A model generated the notes under the pieces. That model made no database searches, was not told where the DNA came from, and saw only the letters and a program-made list of their open reading frames with translations. A DNA stretch of 36,101 nucleotides from assembly GCA_021737525.1 (NCBI GenBank), contig JAIPDU010000001.1, forward strand, positions 1 to 36,101. The letters run 5' to 3'. Source of the DNA: Desulfohalobiaceae bacterium. GTDB lineage: Bacteria > Desulfobacterota > Desulfovibrionia > Desulfovibrionales > Desulfothermaceae. Below are positions 17,830 through 25,924 of this stretch, piece by piece (position 1 is the stretch's first letter; the number at the start of each line of letters is the position of its first letter). Made by a program: the position numbers and the translations under genes.

Positions 17830-18157
17830 TAGTGTCCGCGAAATACGCATGAGAAAATCCTACGCGGGGTATTTTTTCACTGTGCAGCTCCGGTTCTGGA
17901 TTTTCTAACGCTCGCCACGTGGGGGCATCCCTGCCCCCACCCGACTCTACATGGTTGGTAATTTCCTTCACGTTGCCAACTTATTGAAACATCAATTTTT
18001 TTCGAGATGCAAGCATTATCGCGGTCGGGTTTCCCCCACGTGACGAGCGAAGAAAATCGACTGAACCTCCACTGAATAGTTAATAAATACCCCGCGTAGG
18101 ATTCCAGCACAGGAGCTATCATCCGATCATTTTTAATGCTTTTTGTGGCGGACACTA
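17830..18157. repeat. 328-bp nested imperfect palindrome, MITE-like non-coding element (master copy of a small repeat family)
   Basis: Termini TAGTGTCCGC (17830-17839) and the exact reverse complement GCGGACACTA (18148-18157). Perfect 18-bp inverted repeat 17857-17874 / 18085-18102. Third arm pair 17899-17925 / 18033-18058. AT-rich centre without an ORF. Confidence 0.7.
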
Positions 18158-19423
18158 GGCGGCCCCTTCCGGGAACTGTCCGTAAAGGACCTCCCCCCGC
18201 CGGCAGTTGAGCCTGATGCGTCCCGGAAGCTCCTGGTTCAGGCAGGGTGTATTCTTTCCCCGCGAGCGCATGCTCTCCGCGGTGGGAGTCCAGGAGTCGC
18301 GGGGGTCGAAAAGGAGGAAGTCCGCGGGGTCCCCGGGGTTGAAGCCGTTGGCCCGCAGTCCGAAGATCCGGGCCGGGGCGTGGCACCAGAGCCGGACCAG
18401 ATCCTTTTGGGTCAGGACACCCTCCTGAACCAGTGTCCAGCACAGGGACAGGGCCGTGTCCAGTCCGGATATCCCGTTCGGGGCCCGGGACAGGGGAACC
18501 TCCTTTTCGAATGGCGCATGCGGGGCGTGGTCCGTGGCCAGGATGTCGATGACTCCTTCCCTTACGGCCTGGCGCAGGGCGGTGACATCGTCAGCGGTGC
18601 CCAAAGGGGGGTTGACCTTGGCCAGAGGATCGTATTCCACCGCCCTGTCCTCGGTCCAGAGAAGGTAGTGGGGACAGGTTTCCGCGCTTACCGGCACCCC
18701 CTTGTTCTTGGCCCAGTGGATGAGCTCCACGGACTCGCGACGGCTGATGTGGGCCAGATGGACAGGGATGTCCAGATAGGAGGCCAGGAGGATGTCCCGG
18801 GCAACCTGGATGCTTTCACAGATGCTGGGAACTCCCCTGAGGCCCAGACGGTCACTCACCGGACCCTCGGAGATCATGCCTTCCGGAGAGAGGCTGGAAT
18901 CCTCGCAGTGATCGATGACAGGCCTCTGCAGGTCGGTGCTGTATTCCATGGCCCTGCGCATGAGGCTCGAATCCGAGACCGGGATCCCGTCGTTGGAGAA
19001 GGCGATGCATCCGCTGCGGGCCAGCTCGTGCATGGGGGCAAGCTCTTTGCCGGCCAGTCCCCGGCTCAGGGCGCCCACTGGATGCAGGGCCGGTCCGCGG
19101 GGATGGGCCCGGGCGGCGGTGTCGAGCATCATGGAGGTGACTGCGGAGTTGTCGTTGACCGGCACGGTGTTGGCCATGCAGAAAATGCTGCAAAAGCCCC
19201 CTGATGCCGCAGCGGCAAGCCCGGAGGCGATATCCTCCTTGTGTTCCTGCCCGGGTTCCCGGAGATGGGTATGGCAGTCGATGAGCCCGGGCAGGAGGAG
19301 GAGCTCCCCGCCGGAGCCATCTCCCTCTGCCGGGCGGAGCTCGGCGATGCGATCGCCCTCCAGGATGCAGTCACAGATCTGCCCCTGCCAGACAACGCTT
19401 TGTATGATCCGTCTCCCGGACAT
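18155..19423 (-). CDS. pyrC: Dihydroorotase
   Basis: Metal-binding GLIDCHTHLREPG and amidohydrolase fold. The real start MSGRRIIQS at 19423 lies 2 nt after the pyrB stop. The 93-aa track extension overlaps pyrB and is rejected. Confidence 0.9.
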   Translation of the reverse strand: MSGRRIIQSVVWQGQICDCILEGDRIAELRPAEGDGSGGELLLLPGLIDCHTHLREPGQEHKEDIASGLAAAASGGFCSIFCMANTVPVNDNSAVTSMMLDTAARAHPRGPALHPVGALSRGLAGKELAPMHELARSGCIAFSNDGIPVSDSSLMRRAMEYSTDLQRPVIDHCEDSSLSPEGMISEGPVSDRLGLRGVPSICESIQVARDILLASYLDIPVHLAHISRRESVELIHWAKNKGVPVSAETCPHYLLWTEDRAVEYDPLAKVNPPLGTADDVTALRQAVREGVIDILATDHAPHAPFEKEVPLSRAPNGISGLDTALSLCWTLVQEGVLTQKDLVRLWCHAPARIFGLRANGFNPGDPADFLLFDPRDSWTPTAESMRSRGKNTPCLNQELPGRIRLNCRRGEVLYGQFPEGAA

Positions 19424-19425
19424 GG

Positions 19426-20361
19426 CTATTCTCTCCTTTGGCTGGTGGAGGTGAGGAAGAGATAGAGCAGGGTCATGCGGATGGCGATGCCGGAGCTGAC
19501 CTGATCCAATATGAGGCTGTCCGTGTCGTCCGCGAGATGGGAGTCGATCTCGATCCCGCGGTTCATGGGGCCCGGATGCAGGACCTTGGCTCCGGGCCGG
19601 GTCAGCTCCATGTGCTTCTTTCGGAGCCCGAAGCGAGTGGCGTACTCCCGCAGGGAGGGGAGCAGCCCGGATTGCTGTCGCTCCAGCTGAAGCCGGAGGC
19701 ACTGGATGGCATCCACCCCGCGGCAGGCCTCATCCAGATCAGTATAGACCGACACCGGCCAGTCGGCAACATGGCGTGGCAGCAGGGTGCGGGGGGCGCA
19801 GAGGCGCACGGACACGCCCAGCTTGGTGAAGAGCTCGATATCCGATCGGGCGACCCGGCTGTGGGCGATGTCCCCCACAAGAAGCAGGGTCCTGTCCCGG
19901 AAGCCTTCCCAGAGCTTGTACAGAGTGAATCCGTCCAGAAGGGCTTGTGTGGGGTGGGCGTGCCAGCCGTCGCCCGCGTTGATGATGCTGCAATGCAGCT
20001 GACGGGCCAGGAAGTCGGCTGCGCCGCTCTGACTGTGGCGGATGACGATGGCGTCGGGCTGCATGGCCTGCAGGGTGAGGCCGGTGTCCTTGAGGTCCTC
20101 CCCCTTCTCCAGGCTGCTTCCCTTGGTGGCCAGGGAGAATGTGTCCGCGGAAAGCCGCTTGGCGGCGATGTCGAAGGAGGTCTTGGTTCTGGTGCTCGGC
20201 TCGGCGAAGAGGAGAAGGACGCTTTTGCCTTTCAGTGTGGGGGTCTTTTTGACCAGTCTGCTGTTGATTTCTTCAAAGTTTTGGGCGAGCTGGAAAAGCT
20301 CCAGTATTTCCGGGGAGGTGAGTTGGTCGACGCTCAGCAGATCCTTGTGGGGCCAATCCAT
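19426..20361 (-). CDS. pyrB: Aspartate carbamoyltransferase catalytic subunit
   Basis: [10 protein letters not shown] carbamoyl-phosphate motif and [10 protein letters not shown] (HPxQ). The ATG at 20361 (MDWPHKDLL) is preceded by AGGAGA. Confidence 0.93.
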   Translation of the reverse strand: MDWPHKDLLSVDQLTSPEILELFQLAQNFEEINSRLVKKTPTLKGKSVLLLFAEPSTRTKTSFDIAAKRLSADTFSLATKGSSLEKGEDLKDTGLTLQAMQPDAIVIRHSQSGAADFLARQLHCSIINAGDGWHAHPTQALLDGFTLYKLWEGFRDRTLLLVGDIAHSRVARSDIELFTKLGVSVRLCAPRTLLPRHVADWPVSVYTDLDEACRGVDAIQCLRLQLERQQSGLLPSLREYATRFGLRKKHMELTRPGAKVLHPGPMNRGIEIDSHLADDTDSLILDQVSSGIAIRMTLLYLFLTSTSQRRE

Positions 20362-20540
20362 AGTCGTCTCCTGGATATTGCGGGGAGGAGCGGGAGGGCT
20401 GTCACCTCGAAGCGTCCCCAAAGATTCTTCCTCATGAGCCAGTCACCGATCGGGATTCACTCCCGCTGCTCACTTCGGTTCGCTCCCGCCTGGCTAAGCG
20501 GCTCGATCTCCCGGTTGCGGGAGCATGGATCCTGCCTGGG

Positions 20541-21710
20541 CTAGGCCAGGCGCTGTACGACTTCCGGAGGAACAAGGCTGGTGCGGGCCCTGGCTCCGGG
20601 CTGGAGGGTGCCCAGCTCCGGATAGCGCCCCAGGATGCGTGCGGGATTGACCGTGACCATGCCCACCGCCTCTTCCAATGAGATCGGATCCGGCTCTGTC
20701 TCCAGCAGAAAGACGAGCTCCCGCCACAAATCGAGGTCCGAGTTGGAGGCCAGACTGTCCGTTCCCAGGCAGAGGGGGATTCCAGCCTCGCGCATGGCCC
20801 GACAGGGGGCCGAGCCCACGCCGATGGCTGCATTGCTCCTGGGGCACAGGCACACACTAGTCCTGCGTTCGTTCAGAATCCGGATATCCCTGTCCCCGAC
20901 CTGGACACAGTGCACAGCCAGGGTGCCTTTATCCAACAGTCCCAGCTGATCGGCGTACTGCACCGGAGAGATACCTGGTGCCACATAGTCCTCCGGCAGC
21001 AGGGCGGCCCGCAAAAGATCCGCCAACCCGCCCCTGCCGGTGGTCAAAAGCTCCACCTCCTCCGGGGATTCGGCAAGATGGAGCGGGAAGGGCCGTTTCT
21101 TGCCGTTGGCCCAGGTCTTGCCCAGCTGAAGATTGCCTGGATGGGTGGAGTACAGGGCGTGGCCCGAAAGGCTGATCCGGCTGTCGCGATCCGGATCGAG
21201 GGACCGGGGCCAGACCTCTCGCAGACTTTTGACGGGGCTGAAGCCGAGCACCTCCTTGCACAGGAGGTAATCCACGCCGCTTTCCCGGAGAAGGGGATAG
21301 ACCCGTTCCGGACTGTGGCCTGTTATATCCACGGCACAGGCTGTGCCGCACTCCTTCAGCTCGTCCACGGCCCCGACCAGGCTCGCCTGGTTCACCTCCT
21401 CCGGGAGAAGCTGGACCAGGCTTCGGACCCAGGGCGCGAATCCCTGGCCCTGGACGGTGCGTCCCTTGAGATGGGACAGCTCGAGATGGGTGTGGGCATT
21501 GATCAACCCGGGAGCAAGAGTGCCCGGCCCCATATCCTCTATAGGGCCGCTACAGGTCTTCTTCAGCTCCCGGTAGGATCCGGCATGGGCAATGCGCTCT
21601 CCCCGGATCAGGAGCATTCCGTCCTCGAGCAGGGGGCGGTCCTTGTGCATGGTGAGGATGCGTCCGCAGCGCAGCCCTCGCTCGTGTGGCTCAGAGTCGG
21701 GACTATTCAT
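20541..21710 (-). CDS. Metal-dependent amidohydrolase (deaminase/chlorohydrolase-like subfamily; specific substrate unknown)
   Basis: 389 aa with LINAHTHLELS (HxH), internal His residues and a late GTDSLASN Asp motif, typical of the amidohydrolase superfamily. A possible aminofutalosine/nucleoside deaminase role is only a guess. Confidence 0.65.
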   Translation of the reverse strand: MNSPDSEPHERGLRCGRILTMHKDRPLLEDGMLLIRGERIAHAGSYRELKKTCSGPIEDMGPGTLAPGLINAHTHLELSHLKGRTVQGQGFAPWVRSLVQLLPEEVNQASLVGAVDELKECGTACAVDITGHSPERVYPLLRESGVDYLLCKEVLGFSPVKSLREVWPRSLDPDRDSRISLSGHALYSTHPGNLQLGKTWANGKKRPFPLHLAESPEEVELLTTGRGGLADLLRAALLPEDYVAPGISPVQYADQLGLLDKGTLAVHCVQVGDRDIRILNERRTSVCLCPRSNAAIGVGSAPCRAMREAGIPLCLGTDSLASNSDLDLWRELVFLLETEPDPISLEEAVGMVTVNPARILGRYPELGTLQPGARARTSLVPPEVVQRLA

Positions 21711-21859
21711 CTGTGACAGGCCCTGTCGGGATGTTTGCCTGGTGTCTTGCGCAAGGGAGACGGGACGGCTCTTCCTGTTTGCTTGTCCCGGGATTCGCCG
21801 GGCACGGGGGTGTTATAAACGCTTACCGCCCTCGAGACAAGGAGATTGTATGCCAAGAA

Positions 21860-22939
21860 TCACGTTTCAAAGTAGAGGGTGAATCGACTTTGCTCCGTGT
21901 AACGGACGTTTTGGGGGGAAAGGTCAATCTTGCCCAGTCTCCGGCGATTGACGCCGCGATGCCCCCAGAGCTCCCCCTGGTACCTCCTGGGGCAGTCCAG
22001 TCCCCTGATGGGCCTTTTTCCCCCCTGCATAGCATAGCAAAAGAGAATATAAAACAGGATGCGGCTGCGGACCATATTCCCCAGAGCATAATGCCACGGA
22101 CCGGCCAGGATGGAGGGGAGCAGGGTCCCTTCCGGGGGCAGCCCCATCCGGATAACCGGGATTTCCTTGCGCCACAAGCGCAGGGTGGCGCGGCTTACCG
22201 CCCTGATGGTCCTGTTTGTGTCCCAGGGCAGGTAGAATCCCCTTTTCCAGAGCCCGGACAGAGGGGTGCCCTCCAGGACCAGGCAGGGATAGATGCGGAC
22301 GGAGTCGGGCCGAAGCCGACACACCTCTCTGATCTCCCCTTGCCAGTCGGATGGTGACTGCCCCGGAAGGCCGGGCATCATTTGAATTCCCAGCTCCAGC
22401 CCCTGTTCACGGACCGTTTTGCAGGCCCTTCGGGCTTTGTCCGAGGAATATCCCCTGCGGCTCGCCTGGAGCACCCTGTCGTCCAGGGACTGGATGCCCA
22501 GCTCGACCAGGTCCAGACCCAGTTTTCTCAAATCACGGATTTGTTCGGGATCAACCGCATCAGGCCTGGTGGAGCAGCGGATTTTTGTGAGCAACCCCCG
22601 TTGCTTGTATTCCAGGGCAAGGGCCAGGAAACGGCGCTGCCAGACATGGGGGAGGCGGGTGAACGTGCCGCCGTAGAACCCGATTTCCGGGGCTGACTGT
22701 TTTCGAGGCAGGGAATGTTCGAGGTTTTGGCGCAGGCCGTGAAGGATCGTGGCGAGGTCTTGTGTCCCGGTCCCGGTTTGCAGATCCTGAGCGCAGTAAA
22801 TACACCTGCCGGAGCAGCCCCCGAAGGGGATGAAAACGGGCCACACGGAGTGAGAGCCTCCGAGTGGCTCGGGGTGGGAGAATCGAATGGACGGGTGCAT
22901 GGTTGGCGTGGATCCGGCCAAAGGGGTTTCACTCAACAA
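21860..22939 (-). CDS. Radical SAM protein (Elp3-like / HemN-like core, no acetyltransferase domain); start uncertain (TTG 22939 or ATG 22900)
   Basis: FIPFGGCSGRCIYCAQ carries CX3CX2C, followed by GGTFT and a TIM-barrel-like core. No C-terminal Cys-rich SPASM region. Confidence 0.75.
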   Translation of the reverse strand: MLSETPLAGSTPTMHPSIRFSHPEPLGGSHSVWPVFIPFGGCSGRCIYCAQDLQTGTGTQDLATILHGLRQNLEHSLPRKQSAPEIGFYGGTFTRLPHVWQRRFLALALEYKQRGLLTKIRCSTRPDAVDPEQIRDLRKLGLDLVELGIQSLDDRVLQASRRGYSSDKARRACKTVREQGLELGIQMMPGLPGQSPSDWQGEIREVCRLRPDSVRIYPCLVLEGTPLSGLWKRGFYLPWDTNRTIRAVSRATLRLWRKEIPVIRMGLPPEGTLLPSILAGPWHYALGNMVRSRILFYILFCYAMQGGKRPIRGLDCPRRYQGELWGHRGVNRRRLGKIDLSPQNVRYTEQSRFTLYFET

Positions 22940-23248
22940 AATCGCTTGGTTGAGAAAAGAGATGTTGTCAAAGCCTGGTCATTAGGTTATAAATGTAATT
23001 TGAGATTGGACGAAAATTCACCCACCTACTTCGTCGCTGCAAAATTTTGGAATCCTCATGTATTAATATACACTGCGGTTTCAAAATTTCGTCTCCTTGA
23101 ATCTGGGCAAGCTTAGGTCCAATCACGGTTTTCGGTCAGGCACGACTTATCTGTTTTTTTCCGGTTCATGCTTGCCCCTCTCTTGGGGAGCAGCGGGCGG
23201 CGGGTGCGCAGGATCCGTGAGGAACCCCCAATTTTGAAGGAGCAGGTT

Positions 23249-23659
23249 ATGGAGGAATGCATCTTCTGCAAGATCGTCAATGGTGAAATTCCCTGTGCTG
23301 AGGTGTACTCCAGTGATTCGGTCCTGGCCTTTCTGGATATCGGCCCCATTGTGGAAGGACATACCCTGGTCATTCCCAGAGAACATTATTCCACACTCTG
23401 GGATTTGCCTCAAGAGCTGGCCGGAGAGATGCAGCGGGTAATGCAGAAGGTGGGGGTGGGGATTTTCCAGGTGACCGGAGCCACCGGATTAAATGTGGTT
23501 ATGAACAATTACAAGTCGGCAGGCCAAGTGGTTCCCCATGCGCACTGGCATTTAATCCCCCGCCGCGAGGGCGACGGCCTGATGCCTGTGGAGCAGAAGC
23601 AGTACGAATCCCAGGAGGCCATGTACGAATTGGCCGCCAAGATACACAGTGCCCTGTGA
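23249..23659 (+). CDS. HIT-family nucleotide hydrolase/transferase
   Basis: MEECIFCKIVNGEIP start and the histidine triad HAHWHLIP. GAAGGAG SD precedes ATG at 23249. The upstream 27 aa of the track ORF is rejected. Confidence 0.88.
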   Translation: MEECIFCKIVNGEIPCAEVYSSDSVLAFLDIGPIVEGHTLVIPREHYSTLWDLPQELAGEMQRVMQKVGVGIFQVTGATGLNVVMNNYKSAGQVVPHAHWHLIPRREGDGLMPVEQKQYESQEAMYELAAKIHSAL

Positions 23660-23943
23660 GTCCTGGTCCACCCTGTTTCCGTTCTCCGGGTTCCTCGCGG
23701 GAGGAGCAAAATCAGCAGAACCACCGCCTAAAACGGCTCGAAGAAACAGCGTGAAGGCTTACCGGGGATGATCCCGGGGTGTTGCCGTGACATTCGTCAT
23801 TCGCGCGGTTCGTCTGGCCCTTTGCGTTGCATGGGACCGGGGGCGGGGCACATCCCTTTCTTCCGTGGGCGCTGCCGGAAGGCCCGGATAAGCGTAACCA
23901 TGGAGGAGAACATACCATCTCAGGCACGGAACAAGGAGGGGGC

Positions 23944-24240
23944 ATGTCGGAGAACACATTGACCAAGGCGGATCTGGTGGAGCGGATCCACGAAAAGACG
24001 CAGAGGAACAGATCCGAGGTGAAGCATCAGGTGGAAGACCTGCTGTCCATCATGAAGGAGTCGGTGAAGCAGGATTATTCCTTGTTGATCAGCGGCTTCG
24101 GCAAGTTCGAGGCCTACGACAAGAAATCCAGGCGGGGCAGGAACCCCCAGACCGAAGAAGCCATAACCCTGCCTCCGCGCACGGTGTGTGTTTTCCGGCT
24201 CTCGCGCAAATTCCGCTCCGAGCTCAATCCGCAAGGATGA
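23944..24240 (+). CDS. Integration host factor / HU-family DNA-bending protein (IHF-like)
   Basis: 98 aa with [43 protein letters not shown], the beta-arm signature RxGRNPxTxExIxI. AAGGAGGGGG SD precedes ATG at 23944. Confidence 0.88.
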   Translation: MSENTLTKADLVERIHEKTQRNRSEVKHQVEDLLSIMKESVKQDYSLLISGFGKFEAYDKKSRRGRNPQTEEAITLPPRTVCVFRLSRKFRSELNPQG

Positions 24241-24964
24241 AGCTCTCCGGGAAATGGGAACCTGCTTGATCCAGTGCGGATCTGGCTTCGGACCGGGAAG
24301 AAAATTGCCCCGCCAGGACGCGATAGTAGCGACCGCCTTGGAGCTTTGTCCTGCTGACCCGGATATGGGATAGTCCCACATCCCTTGCCTCCCGCTTCAA
24401 GCGACGCGCGTTCTCTTTCCGTTTGAATGAGCCGAGCTGCAGACTGTAGCGCTTCTTGGGGGAAGCAGGGGAAGCGATCTCTTCGATGCGTACCCTTGCC
24501 GTACCCGACTGGACCATGTTCAGCCTCTGGGCCGCGGCGAGGGAGAGATCGATGATCCGTTGTTTGCGGAAGGGCCCCCTGTCGTTGATCCGAACCACCA
24601 CTTGCTCGCCGTTGTCCAGGTTGGTCACGCGAACCCTGGATTGGAAGGGGAGACGCTTGTGCGCCGCTGTTAAGGCGTACATGTCGTAGGTCTCCCCGCA
24701 GGCGGTTTGCTGTCCATGGAATCCGGGGCCGTACCAGGAGGCAACTCCAGTCTGGGCAAAGCCGTCATGGGATATGCCGGGGGGTGCGCTCTCGCGTGGA
24801 TGGCTTGGCCCGGACGGTGATCCCGCACATCCGGCGAGCAGGACCGGAAGCAGGACGATCCACAGCGTCACGGCGGGCCAGGGCGGTCGAATCCGGCGGT
24901 TGTGCGCGACATTGTCCGGAAAGGGCGGCTTTTCAGCCACAGTGTTCGCGGCGTGTTGGTCCAT
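24224..24964 (-). CDS. rlpA: Septal ring lytic transglycosylase RlpA-family lipoprotein (DPBB + SPOR domains)
   Basis: Lipobox LLAGC, DPBB block [22 protein letters not shown]...[22 protein letters not shown], and a C-terminal SPOR-like [18 protein letters not shown]...YYRVLAGQF. Confidence 0.88.
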   Translation of the reverse strand: MDQHAANTVAEKPPFPDNVAHNRRIRPPWPAVTLWIVLLPVLLAGCAGSPSGPSHPRESAPPGISHDGFAQTGVASWYGPGFHGQQTACGETYDMYALTAAHKRLPFQSRVRVTNLDNGEQVVVRINDRGPFRKQRIIDLSLAAAQRLNMVQSGTARVRIEEIASPASPKKRYSLQLGSFKRKENARRLKREARDVGLSHIRVSRTKLQGGRYYRVLAGQFSSRSEARSALDQAGSHFPESFILAD

Positions 24965-24998
24965 GGGTTCGTCCCCAGTGTTTTTCTATGGAGGGAGG

Positions 24999-25847
24999 AT
25001 GCCTGGGAGCGTTTCTCACCGGCAAGCTCTTGGGGCCCGCATCAGAGAAGAGGCGGGCGTGGAGGCGGGACTATCCCCCTGTGTTTCCAGGGCGGTTTGT
25101 TCCGGGCTGGCCCGGGAATTCGGCCTGTCCTTGCGCGATGTGGAGATCGCGGCCCTGGAGGAGGGGGTTGTGCCCCGCCCCTATATCCGGAACATTTTCG
25201 GGCTGTCCCCGCCGGAGGTGCTCGCCTTGCGGCGGTCCGGCATCTGCCAGATCGGACTGGGCGGACTGGGCGGTTACCTGCTGGAGCTTTTCACCCGGGT
25301 GGGTGTCGGTGCCATCACGGCGGCGGACGGGGATGTCTTTGAGGAATCCAACCTCAATCGTCAGCTCCTGGCCCTGGAAGGGGAGCTCGGTCAGTCCAAG
25401 GCCACAGCCGCCCAGCAAAGGGTGGCACAGGTGAACAGCGCAGTGGATTGGTCGGGTATCCCTGCCGACCTGGATGAAGAGGGGCTTCGCAGGGCCGTCT
25501 CCGGCAGGGATCTGGCTCTGGACGCCCTCGGGGGACTGGCTGTTCGCAGAAATCTTTACAGCGCGGCGCTGGCCGAAGGGGTTCCCCTGATCATCGGGTC
25601 CGTGGCCGGGGAGGTGGGTTACGTGAGCACCGTCCTTCCAGGCGAGGAGTTTCCCCAAGCCCTGTGGAGCGGAGAGCACGGCGCGGAATCGGAACTTGGC
25701 TGTCCTCCCCATGCGGTTTCCGCGGTGGCCTCGCTGCAGGCTGCGGAAGCGATACATTTTTTGTGCGGAAGGCGACCCCTACTGCACGGCAAGCTACTCG
25801 TTCTGGATCTGTCCGATTTCAGCTGGGAGGTCTTTTCCTTGAGCTAG
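24999..25847 (+). CDS. ThiF/MoeB/HesA-family E1-like adenylyltransferase with ~80-aa N-terminal extension
   Basis: Nucleotide-binding loop IGLGGLGGYLLE and DGDVFEESNLNRQ. ATG at 24999 is preceded by GGAGGGAGG. The track ORF start at 24774 lies inside rlpA on the opposite strand and is rejected. Confidence 0.75.
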   Translation: MPGSVSHRQALGARIREEAGVEAGLSPCVSRAVCSGLAREFGLSLRDVEIAALEEGVVPRPYIRNIFGLSPPEVLALRRSGICQIGLGGLGGYLLELFTRVGVGAITAADGDVFEESNLNRQLLALEGELGQSKATAAQQRVAQVNSAVDWSGIPADLDEEGLRRAVSGRDLALDALGGLAVRRNLYSAALAEGVPLIIGSVAGEVGYVSTVLPGEEFPQALWSGEHGAESELGCPPHAVSAVASLQAAEAIHFLCGRRPLLHGKLLVLDLSDFSWEVFSLS

Positions 25848-25924
25848 GCTTCGGGATCCAGGTGTAAAACCCAGTGCGCAGTCCCTTCCCCGGGAAACGG
25901 TCCCCGGATATCTTTCGCCCGGGA

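Noticed and set aside
19424-19702. Over-extended N-termini in the ORF track: pyrC to 19702, pyrB to 20421, HIT from 23168, IHF from 23827, thiF-like from 24774, rpmE from 31839, prmC from 33248, atpI from 29462, lysS to 15415, usp from 15807
   Set aside because: The extensions overlap neighbouring genes, lack SD sequences and are Arg/Pro/Gly-rich. Internal starts have SD motifs and reproduce the canonical family N-termini.
20365-20378. PyrR-binding-loop-like sequence (minus strand AUAUCCAGGAGACG) in the pyrB leader
   Set aside because: It matches the UCCAGAGAGG core only with an indel and coincides with the pyrB Shine-Dalgarno. There is no pyrR gene or terminator/antiterminator pair in the 180-nt leader.
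23815-23832. Sigma-54-like promoter CTGGCCCTTTGCGTTGCAT upstream of the IHF-like gene
   Set aside because: The GG (23816-23817) and GC (23829-23830) are separated by 11 nt instead of the required 10, and the -24 element is TGGCCC rather than TGGCAC. Similar off-by-one candidates occur at about 15533-15550. None meets the spacing rule.
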